Below are positions 1 to 12,300 of a stretch of 64,000 bases of DNA, piece after piece (position 1 is the first letter of the stretch; the number at the start of each line of letters is the position of its first letter). Source of the stretch: Phycisphaerales bacterium (GTDB lineage: Bacteria > Planctomycetota > Phycisphaerae > WQYP01). The stretch lies in assembly GCA_027451365.1 (NCBI GenBank), contig DAIDJN010000084.1, positions 1 to 64,000 of the forward strand, written 5' to 3'. The position numbers and the translations under genes were made by a program. Below the pieces are notes generated by a model, which was not told the DNA's origin, searched no databases, and saw nothing but the letters and a program-made list of their open reading frames with translations.

Positions 1-103
1 GCAGAATCGGCCACTGTTTGAAACGATCAGGACGCTTCTCATGAATGCATGGGCCGGAAAAAATCCCGGCCTGCTGACAGACATTCTGGTCGATTCGTCC
101 TGA
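1..103 (+). CDS. 3' end of a CDS entering from the left edge (function unknown)
   Basis: Frame 2 is open from the window start (QNRPLFETIRTLLMNAWAGKNPGLLTDILVDSS) to TGA at 101-103. Too short to assign. Confidence 0.45.
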   Translation, partial: QNRPLFETIRTLLMNAWAGKNPGLLTDILVDSS

Positions 104-464
104 GCTTGCCCGCCCGTGTCGCGGAGCGGTAAACAGTTACGCGGCTTGCAACTCTCCTCCTTTTAATCGCGACGCAGTTCAAAGGCAATTTATCCGAGGA
201 TTCCGTGTGACCAACCAACGGTCAGATAGTATTTAATGCACAACTATCAATGCGTTTAAAATAAGTAGAAATGGAGTCATAAATGGGAAACGGACATGAC
301 TTTGATCTCTTTGCAAAAGCCCGAAGGGCTAGACGATCGAATACTATATGGTTAATCAAAATGGTGGATCAATGTGATGGTTCAGAAAGATCACATCCCG
401 CGTGCACGTTGCGAGCAAACGAATATACGCGGGATTGCAGCATCCAGGGTGGTGATTGAACGAT

Positions 465-1031
465 CTATAATCGGGTGCCTTGGCAGGCTATGGCTCCTTT
501 ATATGGGCATTGGCCGTGGCATGATCCGCACGAATAATTGTTGCCAGCGCACTGGCTTATGCGGTCTTTTATAGCCTGGGTGCGATCCTGACAATAAGCG
601 CAATCATATTGGTTCCGCTGGCATTCGCTGACCCGGCGCATAATGACCTCGGCAATCTTGTCATCGAGTCCCAATGGCGGCGTGACGTGGAATGCCACTC
701 CGGGATGGTGTGCCGCGGCCTGTTCGACCATGCGGGGAATATCGGTCGTACTGTGTTTTCCAGGAGATAAAAAGTATGGGTGCACCGCCACGCGCCCGGC
801 ACCCTGCCGTACGCACGCGTCAAACGCCTGGGCGATGGTTGGCTCGGCTAGTTCCATGTGGGCGGCCTCAACAATTCTGGTTCCGGAAACCCGTTTGAAC
901 ATGGCCACCACTTCATCAAGCATATCATTGGCCGCCTTAAAGCGGCTGCCGTGGTCGACAAGAACGATGCCCAATTCGGCCTTGTTCGCCGTGGCGGGGT
1001 TGGAAGGTGGCAGGTTCTGCAGTTGCGACAT
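465..1031 (-). CDS. cbiX: CbiX/SirB-family sirohydrochlorin chelatase with Cys-rich C-terminal extension
   Basis: Class II chelatase motifs VLVDHGSR, AHMELAEPTI and PYFLSPGKH..DIP. The C-terminal tail has 8 Cys. Confidence 0.85.
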   Translation of the reverse strand: MSQLQNLPPSNPATANKAELGIVLVDHGSRFKAANDMLDEVVAMFKRVSGTRIVEAAHMELAEPTIAQAFDACVRQGAGRVAVHPYFLSPGKHSTTDIPRMVEQAAAHHPGVAFHVTPPLGLDDKIAEVIMRRVSECQRNQYDCAYCQDRTQAIKDRISQCAGNNYSCGSCHGQCPYKGAIACQGTRL

Positions 1032-1161
1032 TTTTCAGGCTCCTGTCTAGTTCGTCAGTCGAATAATATACCGTGATCCGCCAATAGTGAAATTTTACTC
1101 TGTACATGCGCGTGCAACTGACCGGGCGAAGGGCCAGGCGAGGACTGGACTGCCAGAGGAT

Positions 1162-2058
1162 TTATGGAAAGACTTCAACGGGAAGGGTTGGCAGCAATTC
1201 CTGAATATGACTGGCGATCGCCTGCAACTCCGTCAGCGGCAGCGGCGAAGCAAAAGCTTCGGCTGGATTGCGTGCCACCGTGTAAATCTGCACGAATTTC
1301 AATTTACCGCCGGCTTTAAGAATTGCGTTCAGCCGTCCGCTGTAGGCGATTATTTCGTCTGGGGAAGGAGGCATTCCATGGACGCGCATAAACAGGGTTT
1401 GAATCACAATGGGGCGTGCCTGGGCGGCGACCTTAATATTTTCCAGGATACGTTCAAAGGGAACCGTTGTGCGATCAATCAGACGATAGTATTCAGCGGT
1501 GCCAGCGTCAAGCTTGGCCCAGATTTCACCGTTGGTCCGATCCATTAATTCAAGCGCGGATTTAACCGCCGGCCGATGAAAAAGTGTGGCATTTGTAATC
1601 AGCACAATCTTGACCGCTGTCAGGTGCCGCAGCGCCAGTTCGTCGGCGGCAATCTGCACACACGCGGAAAGGGACGGACAGGAGGTCGGTTCACCATCAC
1701 CGGAAAAGGCAATATCGTTCAGCCGTCGTAAAGGGGGTGTTACGTCAGAAAAAACGGGATGCGAAAAAATCTCGTTGTTGATCACACTATTGAGCATGTG
1801 TGCGAGTTCTATCCGCAGCACGGCTAAATTTATTTCCGGCAAATCGCCGGGCAACTTGCGGTCCACACTGCAATAAATGCAATCGAAGTTGCAGACTTTA
1901 TCCGGGTTTAGATTCACCCCCAGGCTCACGCCGCCGCTGCGGCGGGACACCACCGGATAGACATAGCGGTTGGATTGCCAGGTGCGCTGGTGCTGTCGAA
2001 AGGCCGATTGGTTGGCTGGGTCAATCAGGGGAGCAAGTCTTTGAATCTCATTTTCCAT
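1162..2058 (-). CDS. Radical SAM protein, uncharacterised Fe-S oxidoreductase family (COG0731-like)
   Basis: CxxxCxxC motif (CNFDCIYC) preceded by YVYPVVSRRSGGVSLGVNL; also FSGDGEPT, LITNA and KLDAG. Confidence 0.85.
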   Translation of the reverse strand: MENEIQRLAPLIDPANQSAFRQHQRTWQSNRYVYPVVSRRSGGVSLGVNLNPDKVCNFDCIYCSVDRKLPGDLPEINLAVLRIELAHMLNSVINNEIFSHPVFSDVTPPLRRLNDIAFSGDGEPTSCPSLSACVQIAADELALRHLTAVKIVLITNATLFHRPAVKSALELMDRTNGEIWAKLDAGTAEYYRLIDRTTVPFERILENIKVAAQARPIVIQTLFMRVHGMPPSPDEIIAYSGRLNAILKAGGKLKFVQIYTVARNPAEAFASPLPLTELQAIASHIQELLPTLPVEVFP

Positions 2059-2295
2059 GACACAGAGTTTCCAAGTCCGTTTCGTTTGCCGCCCGCCGAT
2101 ACCGGCGAAGCACTTTAAGCTAAGTATAGGGATTAACGGGTTGGAGGGTAACAGTTCAACTACGACAGAGGGTGTTCGTGGGATACGAATTCGCGCGACA
2201 GATCGGCTGGTGTCGCCGCTGGATCATCTGGCCGGGCGATATTATGGGCGTATCTATCCAGCTTGGTCCGCCGATTAAGTTTTTCGCGATTGTGA

Positions 2296-2323
2296 TTGCC
2301 TTTAAATAGAAAAGCAGTAAAAT
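2296..2323 (+). promoter_or_regulatory. Putative sigma70 promoter of the sapC-tpsA-tpsB locus
   Basis: TTGCCT-N16-TAAAAT in an AT-rich stretch about 105 bp upstream of the likely sapC ATG. Confidence 0.5.
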
Positions 2324-2428
2324 GATTAAAGTTTCGGCAGCCGCGTGACAGCGACTAATGACAACATCAATGTGTCGACCGGTAGACTGGCCGGTCCAGA
2401 GATACCAAGATTCGAAAAGGGCCGCAAG

Positions 2429-3199
2429 ATGATGTTTTACCAGAAGCCAACTGTTCTAGACCGCAACATTCACCGTAGTGCCCGTGTCAAAATGTCCGGG
2501 GGTGATTTTTCCTTTGCCAAACAAACCAATTCCGTGCCGTTGCTGGCGTTGGAATTCCCGCGTGCCGCACTGGACTATCCGATTGTATTTGCCGGACCGA
2601 ACACCGCCAGTCTTTTGCCCGCGGCTCTGCTGGGGTTGCATACCGATGAAAACCTTTATGTCAGTGCGTCCGGCGGCTGGACTGGCGGTTATATTCCGGC
2701 GTTTATTCGTCGCTATCCGTTTGTTCTGGCGGAAAAACCGGGCGGCGGCGGTGAATTCAGCGTCTGTATTGATACCGCCTATCCGGGTTGGGAAAATCCG
2801 AGTGGTACCGCCCTGTTTGATGCCAGTGGCGCTGAAGCACCGTTGCTGAAGGAAGTTCTGACGTTTCTCGGTCAATATCAGAATAACGTCGCCCCAACCC
2901 AGACCTTCATTAAAAAGCTCGTTGAATTGGACCTGCTGATTTCGCGCGAGATCCGCTCACGCGATGGTGGAAATAAATTTCTGTCATTGCGCGGGTTATA
3001 CGTGATCGACGAACCCCGTCTGGCCAAGCTTTCCGATGCTCAAATCACAGACCTTTGCCGCACCGGCTTCATGGGCCTCATTCATGCCCATCTTCTTTCG
3101 CTTGGAAACCTGGTAAAACTGGAACGGTCGCTGCTGACCGGTTCACATGCTGCTGCACCCGCCACCGCGCCGGAAGCTGCGGTGTCCGCCACGAACTGA
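2429..3199 (+). CDS. SapC-family protein (cytoplasmic, no signal peptide)
   Basis: Family motifs FSFAKQTNSVPL..EF..A..YPIVF, ALLGL...ENLYV, YIPAFIRRYPF and GLYVIDE..L. The ATG at 2429 (MMFYQKP) is preferred over the track start at 2345. Confidence 0.85.
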   Translation: MMFYQKPTVLDRNIHRSARVKMSGGDFSFAKQTNSVPLLALEFPRAALDYPIVFAGPNTASLLPAALLGLHTDENLYVSASGGWTGGYIPAFIRRYPFVLAEKPGGGGEFSVCIDTAYPGWENPSGTALFDASGAEAPLLKEVLTFLGQYQNNVAPTQTFIKKLVELDLLISREIRSRDGGNKFLSLRGLYVIDEPRLAKLSDAQITDLCRTGFMGLIHAHLLSLGNLVKLERSLLTGSHAAAPATAPEAAVSATN

Positions 3200-3258
3200 A
3201 ACTGGTTCGGGCTTTTTCTAACCCACCAGGAACGGACTCCGGCCTGCTGCAACTGATT

Positions 3259-3290
3259 ATGGGAGACGCATTGTCTCCGCGCATTTTTTT
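3259..3290 (+). terminator. Weak intrinsic terminator-like hairpin between sapC and the giant adhesin gene
   Basis: GGAGAC-GCATT-GTCTCC (3262-3278), followed after 5 nt by T7 (3284-3290). Confidence 0.35.
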
Positions 3291-3305
3291 ATCGAGAGGC
3301 ATGTC

Positions 3306-6300
3306 ATGGCTAACGCTGCAATCATTGCATCCAAAAACATCAAATTACTGCCCAATGGCAGGGGGCGGATGCGGCGCCAGCGTTTGCTGGCTGGTTGTCT
3401 GGCTACCAGCGCTGCGGCAGGGCTGTTTGGCGCTCGCGTGGTGCCGTTGGCCGCTGCTGGTGTCAATGTCATTACACCCGATGGTCGTACCCTAACGAGC
3501 GTGCAAACGGCGGGTCATACCACGACCATCACAACCGGTTCCATTTCCGGCGGCGACGCCTTTAATTCCTTCAATCATTTTCAGGTTGGCAATGGCAACA
3601 CGGTCAATATGATTGTGCCGAGTTCCGCCAATTATCTGATTAATCTGGTGCATGACGGTCCGGTTGAAATTAACGGAGTGTTGAATTCCTATAAAAACGG
3701 GGAGATTGGCGGCAATATTATTTTCGCCGATCCGCGCGGCGTGCTGGTGGGTTCCTCTGGAGTGTTGAATGTCGGCTCGGTGGCGTTTACCGCGCCCAAT
3801 GCCCAATTCATGAATCAATTGATGACTGAAGCGGGGAAGGTGGACCTTGCTGCGGCACAGAATTTGATTTCCGGTGCCGTACCGCTTTCCACGCATGGAT
3901 TCATATCCATTCAAGGGCGGATTAACGCCCTGCAAAGTCTTAATTTAAGTGCGGCCGAAGTGATTGCCGCCAAGTCTTCCGTCCTTACCGCCGGCGATTC
4001 CGCCCGGTTGCAAAATGCACTTTTTCAGGCGACGGTGAACACCACGGGTCTGAAGCGTGGTGCGGCAATAGAAGAATCCAACGGCAGCATTGCCATTGTC
4101 GGAACTGATCAGGTGAATTTGGCGGGCGATATTCACGCAGGCGGTACTAAAGGCGGAAACATCGCGGTAACTGCGGCAAACATTGTGGTGCAAGGCGGGG
4201 CAAAAATTGATGCGTCTGGCACCAGCGGCGGTGGAACAGTTGCCATTGGCGGTGATGCGCATGGGGCCGGCGCATTGGCGGATGCCCAGACGCTTACGGT
4301 GGCCCGTGGCGCAAATATTGCCGCGAATGCGGTTTTGCACGGCGATGGGGGCACTGTCACGCTATGGAGCAACCAGGGAACACATTTTGCCGGTCGCGTC
4401 AGCGCCCGCGGCGGAGCCACCGGCGGCAATGGCGGACACGTGGAAATATCTTCGCCCAGTAATCTTGTAGTTACCGGTACTGTGGACACTTCCGCGCCTC
4501 ATGGACTGACGGGAACACTGCTGCTTGATCCGACGGATCTATATATTATAAATGGTGCCAGTGGCTCAGGCACTGAAGATTCCAGCGTTTCAAGCGGTGC
4601 GCTGAGTTCTTCGGCCTCCGATGGTTCGCCGGCAAGCACTATTTCTGTCGGAGAGATACAATCCCTTGGTGATACCAATATCACTCTTGCGGCCAGCGAT
4701 GCGATTACCATTGGCGACGGTAGTGGCAATGCCGCGGATATTAATCTTTCCACGGACACCCATCCGCTGGTGACCGGTACGCTTACTCTGGAAGCAGGGA
4801 CCGGGACCGGGGCGGGTAATATTACTTTTAATACCGGCAGCAGCATTGAAACCGCTGGCGGGGCGGTGGTACTGGATGCCGGTTCCGGATTTTTGGGCGC
4901 CGCCTCAACCAATGGCGGCGTAGCCACTTTGGGCAACATAAGCACACTGGGTGGCAACATTACAGTAAACGCCGCGTCTTCTGTCACTTTGCCATCTGGC
5001 GTCACGATTAACACGCAAACTGCCGCCGCCAATGCCGCAACTGCCGGCGCGGTGGATTTTGAAGTCAGTCAGAGCCAATCGATAGGTGTCGGCCAGGCGA
5101 CGGCGAACACAGGCATTACCATTGGTGGAACCCTGGAAGGCGGAGACATTACTCTCCACGCCAGCGGCAGTGCTTCTGTAAGTTACGATTCATCCGTCAC
5201 GGCCATCGCCACCACGACCGCCACAATTCTTGGTGGCAACGTGCTTGGCGATGCGTTCCTGTATGTGTACGGCGATGGTGCGGCAACCGTGGAACTGACC
5301 GGAACGGCCAATGTATCAGGAAATAATCTGTCGCTTTATTCGCAAACCACCACCGTGGCTAAAAATTCTCATTATGACGCCAATTTACTGGGGAATCCTG
5401 TTGCCGTGGACGCGATGTACGGCGCTGTACAGGGAACGGCCAAATCGTTGATTGATACTGGTGCCCATGTTTCAGTCGGCGGAGATCTGCAACTGGTCGC
5501 CAATAACAATGATACGCTGGACATCAGCACGGAAGTGCTTAATACCAGCGGCAACAGCAGCAATTTTCTGGCACTTGCCGCGGCGTGGGGAGAATCTAGC
5601 ATTCATTCCACGGCCGATGTGGCGGGCGGGGCGATTGTCACACTGGCCCAAGGTTCGAATGTGGTCATCGCGGCGCAAAATACCAACAGCTTTTCCATAG
5701 GCGCAACTGCCCAGGCGGACAATCAGTCCAAGGCCGGTGTGGCGGCCGCCGTCAGTGATTTGACCACGAGTGCCATTGCCACGGATGGTGCGAATTTAGG
5801 CAGCACCGCGACCAAAGCCGGTAATGTGACAATTCTGGCCACGGACACCACCACGCTGGAACATACGTCCGCGTCCACATCCACCGGTTCGGGCCTGGCG
5901 GCAAAAGTTGAAACCGCGATGGCCTCCGGTGCCAGCGGGGCGCTATCCACTCTGGGCACGAAAATGAGTTCTTTCCTGGGCAGCACCAGCGGACAAAGTT
6001 CCGGCAGCGGGACCGATCAGTCCAGCGCGAACGGGACGGCCAGCAGTTCAACTTCCATTCCGTTCCGCATTGGTTCAGCGCTGGCTTTAAGCCTGGTCAA
6101 TCAGACTGCAACCGCTGATGTTGCCGCTGAAGATTCCAATGCGGCACCCGTGATTGATTCCGGTGGGAACGTCGCTATTTTGTCCGGAATGATGGTCGCC
6201 GGCGTGAACAATGTGGCAAATTCCGGCGTCACTTCCAGCACCACTCAGGGTACGTCCACCAATCCCAGCAGCAACACCAGCGTCAGCATTGGCGTAGCCG

Positions 6301-9300
6301 TGGGGCTGTATACCCGCACCAATGATGCGTTCGTAGGCGATGGCGCGTCGGTTACGGGAGTAAATGTTGGAATTAAGGCCAATACAAATGATCCCGCTTC
6401 GACGACCTGGGCAACCTGGGATGGCCTTAGCAGCATCACGTCCAAACTGAATTCCAATCTGGGATTGGTCAATGATGTGCTTACCAGTTACGCATCGGCC
6501 ACCAGCAGCAGTTCGAATTTGTCCCTGGCCGGCGCGGTGGACTGGTTCAATGTCGCCAACACGACGGAATCTTACATTGGCGTTGGTTCCACGGTCACCA
6601 GCACCACCGCCAGTGAATCCGCGCCCACGACAGGCGCTCTATCCGGGATTCTCTGGCAGACGATTCTGCCAACTTCCACCAATGCCACACTGCCCACAAT
6701 TGTGGATTTAACGGACTGGACGGATCCGATTTCGGTGCTTTCCAGTGATTTTACATCCAGTCTGAACATTGCCGGCAATGTCAGTTTTACCGGTTTAGGA
6801 CTTTCTTCGGGTACCAATGGCACCGCTGTGGGCGGCTCGTTCAGCGGATTTTTCTATGGTAATAATACTTACGCGGCCATCGGATCAGGTTCCAAAGTTT
6901 CTTCCGCAAATGCCACCGGCGGGGTGGATGTCAGCGCGATTGGGGTGGATCAGGCTCTGACACTGGCCCCAACTTCGGGGCAAACCAATTCGGTTGCAGC
7001 CAACGGCATCTTCACCATGGTGGATGTGGAAAACACCACCCAGGCCAGCATCAGCAATGCTGCGGATATAAGCGCCGCCGCTGTCACGCTGCATGGCGAA
7101 GAGGACATGTCGCTCTGGGCGGCATCCGGAGCAGTTTCCCTGGCGACCAGCCAGGGGAGTGCCGCGGTTGGATTATCCGTTTCACTGGATTACACCAGCA
7201 CTGAAACCGATGCATTTATCGGCGATAATTCATCGCTGCTGGGCGGCACCGGCAGCGGCGGCGGCTATGTCCATACCAACACGCTGGATGTTACAGCCGT
7301 CAGCAACGGGCAGTCGGCGGCCATGGCCCTGGCGGTGGCCGCAGTAGCAAATTCCAATCCCGACAGCACGTCCGAGCCGGGGGCGCTGTCCAAGGCGATG
7401 ACCAAATTCAAGAATTTTACTAACGGCATTAAAACCAAAGCGTCGGGCATTGTCAGCAATATTCCGCTGATTAGTTCGCTGGCCACGGAAATAGCACCTT
7501 CCGCTTCTTCCACGGCCGCGGCTAATAATCCAAGTTTCGGCCTGGCGATCTCCGGAGATTCAGCGGCGACGGTTTCCTATATCAACACCCATGCCTATAT
7601 CGACCATGGAACGATTGCCGGCTTCAATAGCGCCAGCGTGACGCCTACGGTGGAGGCTCTGAATTATACGGGACTTATCAGTGTGACCGGCGGAGCGTCG
7701 ATCACCTACGCCAAAAATCCAAGCAGCAGCTTTACCGCCGCTATTTCCGGAAGTGTCGCATTCAATGAAATCAGCAACAACACAACAGCTTATATTGATG
7801 ATCAATCAGACCTGACCAACGCACAAAATGTCACGGTTCAGGCACTTTCCGGCGGCTTTGAGGTCAGCGTGGCACTGGGAATCGCGGCGACAGCCGGATC
7901 CACGGAAAATGCGGGCGGCGGGGCATTGTGCCTTTCTTTGCCCATAGCCAATTCCACCACATCCGCCTATATCGAGGATTCGACTTTGGATGGCGGAGCC
8001 GGCGCTTCACGCGGCGTAAAAGTGACCGCTTACGATTCCACGCTTATCGGCAGCGGCGGGGGCGCGGGTTTTGGCGGTGGTGAGGGCGGCGTAGGCGTGG
8101 TGTTCACAATCGTTCCTGTAACCAACACTATTTCGGCTTATCTGGCGGGCGATACGGTTACCGATTATGACACGCTGGATGTCAATGCACTCGACGCCTC
8201 TCAAATTATTTCCGGTGGCGTGGAAGTGGGTGTGGTTCCCAGTGGTTTTGCCATCAATGGATCATTTGTTTTCAATTATATTGGCAATACCACCACTGCT
8301 TATATTACCAGTTATGCGCCTTCCGTCGGGCCGGTGGTCGGCACCAGTGTTACCACCACCGGTGAGGTCACGGTCAACGCCTCAAGCGATACGCCGACGG
8401 CAACGTATAACAGTTTGCTGACCAGCGCCACGCAGGGCAGCCAGACAGATTCTAACATTCACCTGTACCAGAGTTTCGGTGGCAAAACGCTGCCCTTCGG
8501 CCAGCAGAATGAAATTCTGGCGGTCACTGGAATGGTCGGTGTGGGTGAAGATGCTGTGGGAATTGGTCTGGCCGGCAATGTCATTGACAGCGGTTACACC
8601 GCCTACATTGCCGATGCCACCGTGAATGCCGGCGGCCTGGTGACCGTCAGCAGCAAGAACAATTCAACCATCATCGGCGTATCGGTGGGTTTGGCCGTCG
8701 GAACTGATGGTGTCGGGCTGGATGGCTCGCTGACGGGCAATTACATCGGTGAAAATAGCGGCATCGGAAGCACCGCGACCATCGGGAATTCAAACGATAC
8801 CGGAGTAACCGCGACTTCCGTTACCGGCGACGGAGTGAATGTTACCGCGCAAAACAGCAGCAGCATTTATGCCGACGCCGGCGCTCTTGGTTTCAGTTCC
8901 ACCACCGCCCTGGGTGCCGCTGTCGGTTATAACCAATCCAACGACGCCGCTGACGCAAGCGTGACTCAGGCCACGGTGAATGCCGGATCCGGCGGCACGC
9001 TGGAAATTCAGGGCCAGAATTCCGCACTCATTGCCGCCAATGCCGTTGCCGGCGGTGCGGGAACCAATGTTTCCGTTGATGGATCGGTAACGGTAAATGT
9101 CATCACGGATCACACCACCGCGCAAGCCAGCAACAGCAATCTGACCGCCGGTTATTTGAATCTCACGGCGACCGAGCCAACGGCGTCCATCTATGATCTG
9201 GCCGGCGCGGTGGCCGGTTCAACGAGCGGTTCTGGAATCGGATTTTCCATCGGCATTTCGGATATAAACAACGTGCTGAACGCTGATCTTGTGGGCGTAA

Positions 9301-12300
9301 CCAGCAACGCGGTAGATCAGACGCAGATTCAGGCCACTTCGGGTGGATATATTGGAAATATAGCTTTTGCAGGTGCAGCATCTTCTGAGGTCAGCGTCGG
9401 TTTCGCCAACGCCTCCAGCAATATCGGCAATACCGTGAACGCCTATATTCAGGACAGCGGCCAGGCCGAAGCGGCCAACAACACCTCCATTAGTGCGGCG
9501 GATACCTCCACCATTAAATCGCTATCTGCGGGAATAAGCGCCGGTGGAACCGCCGCCGCAAGCATTGCGACCACCATCAGCCGCATCAGTAATTCGCTCA
9601 ATGCCTACATGACCGGCGCGGCCACCGGCACTCAGCCGGACTGGATTGCTCTGGATGCAACTCTTGACGCCAGTTCCAATGCCACTATTCAATCGCTGGC
9701 GGCGGGATTTGGCGCCGGCGGTGAAGGCGCCGGCGCCGGATCGATCGCTATCAACATTTTGACCAACACCGTCAACAGCTACATTGACGGTGGCCAGCAA
9801 GTCACGGCGATGGATAACGTGGGTGTTACAGCATTGAATCAAAATGCCATTCAGGACATCGCCGGCGCTTTGGCCATCGCGCCCACCAATTTTGGCGGGG
9901 GCCTTTCCACCGCTGTGAATTACATTGGCGGAGGCACGTATGCCTACATTTCCGGTCCGGGAACCAATGTGAATGCCTTGGCCGCAAACCCTGCCGATTC
10001 GCTGACTTACTCCACCGGCGCACTGGGCCAGGACCCCACGCAAGGCAGCCTCACTGATTTCAACAACTTTGCCACCAATTTCCAGAACAACGGGGCCCCA
10101 TCACTTTCGGAATCCACCGCGACGCTTACCGGGCTTTCGGTAAACGCCGAGACGCTCAACAGCCTGACCCAATTGGCTTTTACCGGCGCTTTTGCGTTTG
10201 ACCCGCTTGGTTCAGCGGCGGTTTCCGCCACAATTGATGTCAATGTTATGAACGGCACTACCGACGCATATATTGATCAGGCCGCGATAAATCAGACGCA
10301 GTCTTATACCCCTTCCGGTGGCTCAACAATTAACGCTGGCTCAGGCCAGCAGGTGAATGTGACCGCATCGGCCCATGAATATGGTGGCGACCTGGTTCTG
10401 GGAGTGGCCGGTGGACCAACTGATGCCGCGGTTACCGCAACTATTGCCGTCAATTATTTCGGCAATACGACCGATGCATACATTACGAATTCCAATACCA
10501 ATGCGAATCAGACAATTAATGTACAGGCCAATGGCACGCAGGATGCCGTCGGGCTTGGTGCCGGTGTTTCCGGTGCCGCCGTCGGCGCGGCGGGCACCCT
10601 GGTCACCAATGTATTCCATGCCGATACGGAAGCCTACGCCTATGGCGAGACGCTTGATACCACCAACCTGACCATTAATGCGACAGGACGCGACACGGCT
10701 ACCATGGGTTCTGTTGCACTGGGTGCGGGTGGCTTTGGCGCAGCGGGATCGTTTCTGATTGATATCAGCACGGATACGACCAAGGCTTATCTGGGCGATC
10801 CGAACACGACGACTACAGCCACCATCAGCGGAGGATTGAATGTAACCGCGACCACAACTACGAATCTTAATGCGCTAAACGCTTCCGCCGGTGTCGGTGC
10901 CGGAGCGGGTATTGCGGGAATGTTAACTGTCGCGGATATCGGCGATACAACCACTGCCGATGTGTACAGTACGAATATGGATCAGAATTCCGGCGATCCC
11001 AAGGCTAACTACGTGAACGTAACGGCAACTGATAATCTGAATATTGATTCTTATGCCGGCGCGCTGGCCGCGTCGGAAACGGGCGCTGGTATTGGCGCAA
11101 GTATTAACGTCGTGGCGCTGACCAGCCAGGTGGGTGCGGGTGTAGCTGGAAGCAATATGACCACCAGCGGCTCGTTCGATGTTGCCGCCACCGAAAATAA
11201 TAATACGCAAATGGTTACCGCCACCGCCGGCTTAGGCGGGGCAGTGGGCCTGGCGGGTTCCGCCGGTGTGCTGCTTGTGGATGGTGGAAATCCATCGGCC
11301 AGCGGCGGCTATCAGACAAATGCCCAAAGCAATGCGTCAAGTTCTATTTCCGGGGCCAATTCTGAAATGAATCAGAGCCTTCTGGGTAATGTGTCTTCCA
11401 GTGATCTGACTGACGCAAATGGGAACAGCGAAGTAAACACGATTAATTCCTCCACCGAACAAAGTTTGAGTCTGTTCAATTCCTCACCCAATGGTACAGT
11501 GGCGACCATTTCCGGCGGAACGATTTACGCCGGATCGGTTAGTGTGACCGCCCAGTACAATGTGGCTACACAGAATATTGCCGGGGCAGCCGGCATTGGC
11601 GGCGTTGCCGGGTTTGGCACAGCGCTGGCAATTACATCTTTAAGTGGGCAGGCAACCGCCAATATTGATGGCGGAGCAATCATCAATACAACCGCGGGGC
11701 AGTCCTACACCGATTCCAATGGGCAGTCGCAAACATCCACCGGTGATGTCACTGTCAGTGCCGCGGAAACTCCTTACAACAATCAAAAGACCATGGAAAC
11801 GGACGCATACGCGGGTGGAGGCTCATTTTTCCTCGCGGGGAGTGCCTCAATTGCGTATGGGAATGATAATTCAGGCGTAAACGCGACAATAGGCGATCAA
11901 TCCGTTATTACCGTCAACGGCGTCGCGGCCAATAGCACCAATGGCGACGGTGCCGTGCAGGTAGTGGCGACGGCCGATCCGACTGTGCTGGCCAAATCGT
12001 TTGGTGTGGATGCTTCGGTCGGCGTCAGCGTGGGCGCTGCCGTGTCCGTCGCCAGCCTGACGGAGACCGTGCAGGCACAGTTGGGAAATCATGTCACCAT
12101 TAGTACGCCCGGGACATTTACTGTCGCGGCCACGCTTCAGCCGCTGACCATTGGCGGCGTGGATCAAAACAGTGTGGAAACCGACGCCACCGCAGGCACC
12201 GGCGGACTGCTGGCCGGTGCGGATGGGGCGGATTCCAGTTCATCCATCACCGCTAACCTTACGGCTTCCACCGGTTCATATGATTCGCTGCCCTCCGGGG

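Noticed and set aside
500..530. c-type heme-binding site CGSCH in CbiX
   Set aside because: The protein has no export signal, and the motif is part of a duplicated CxxC module more consistent with Fe-S or Zn ligation.
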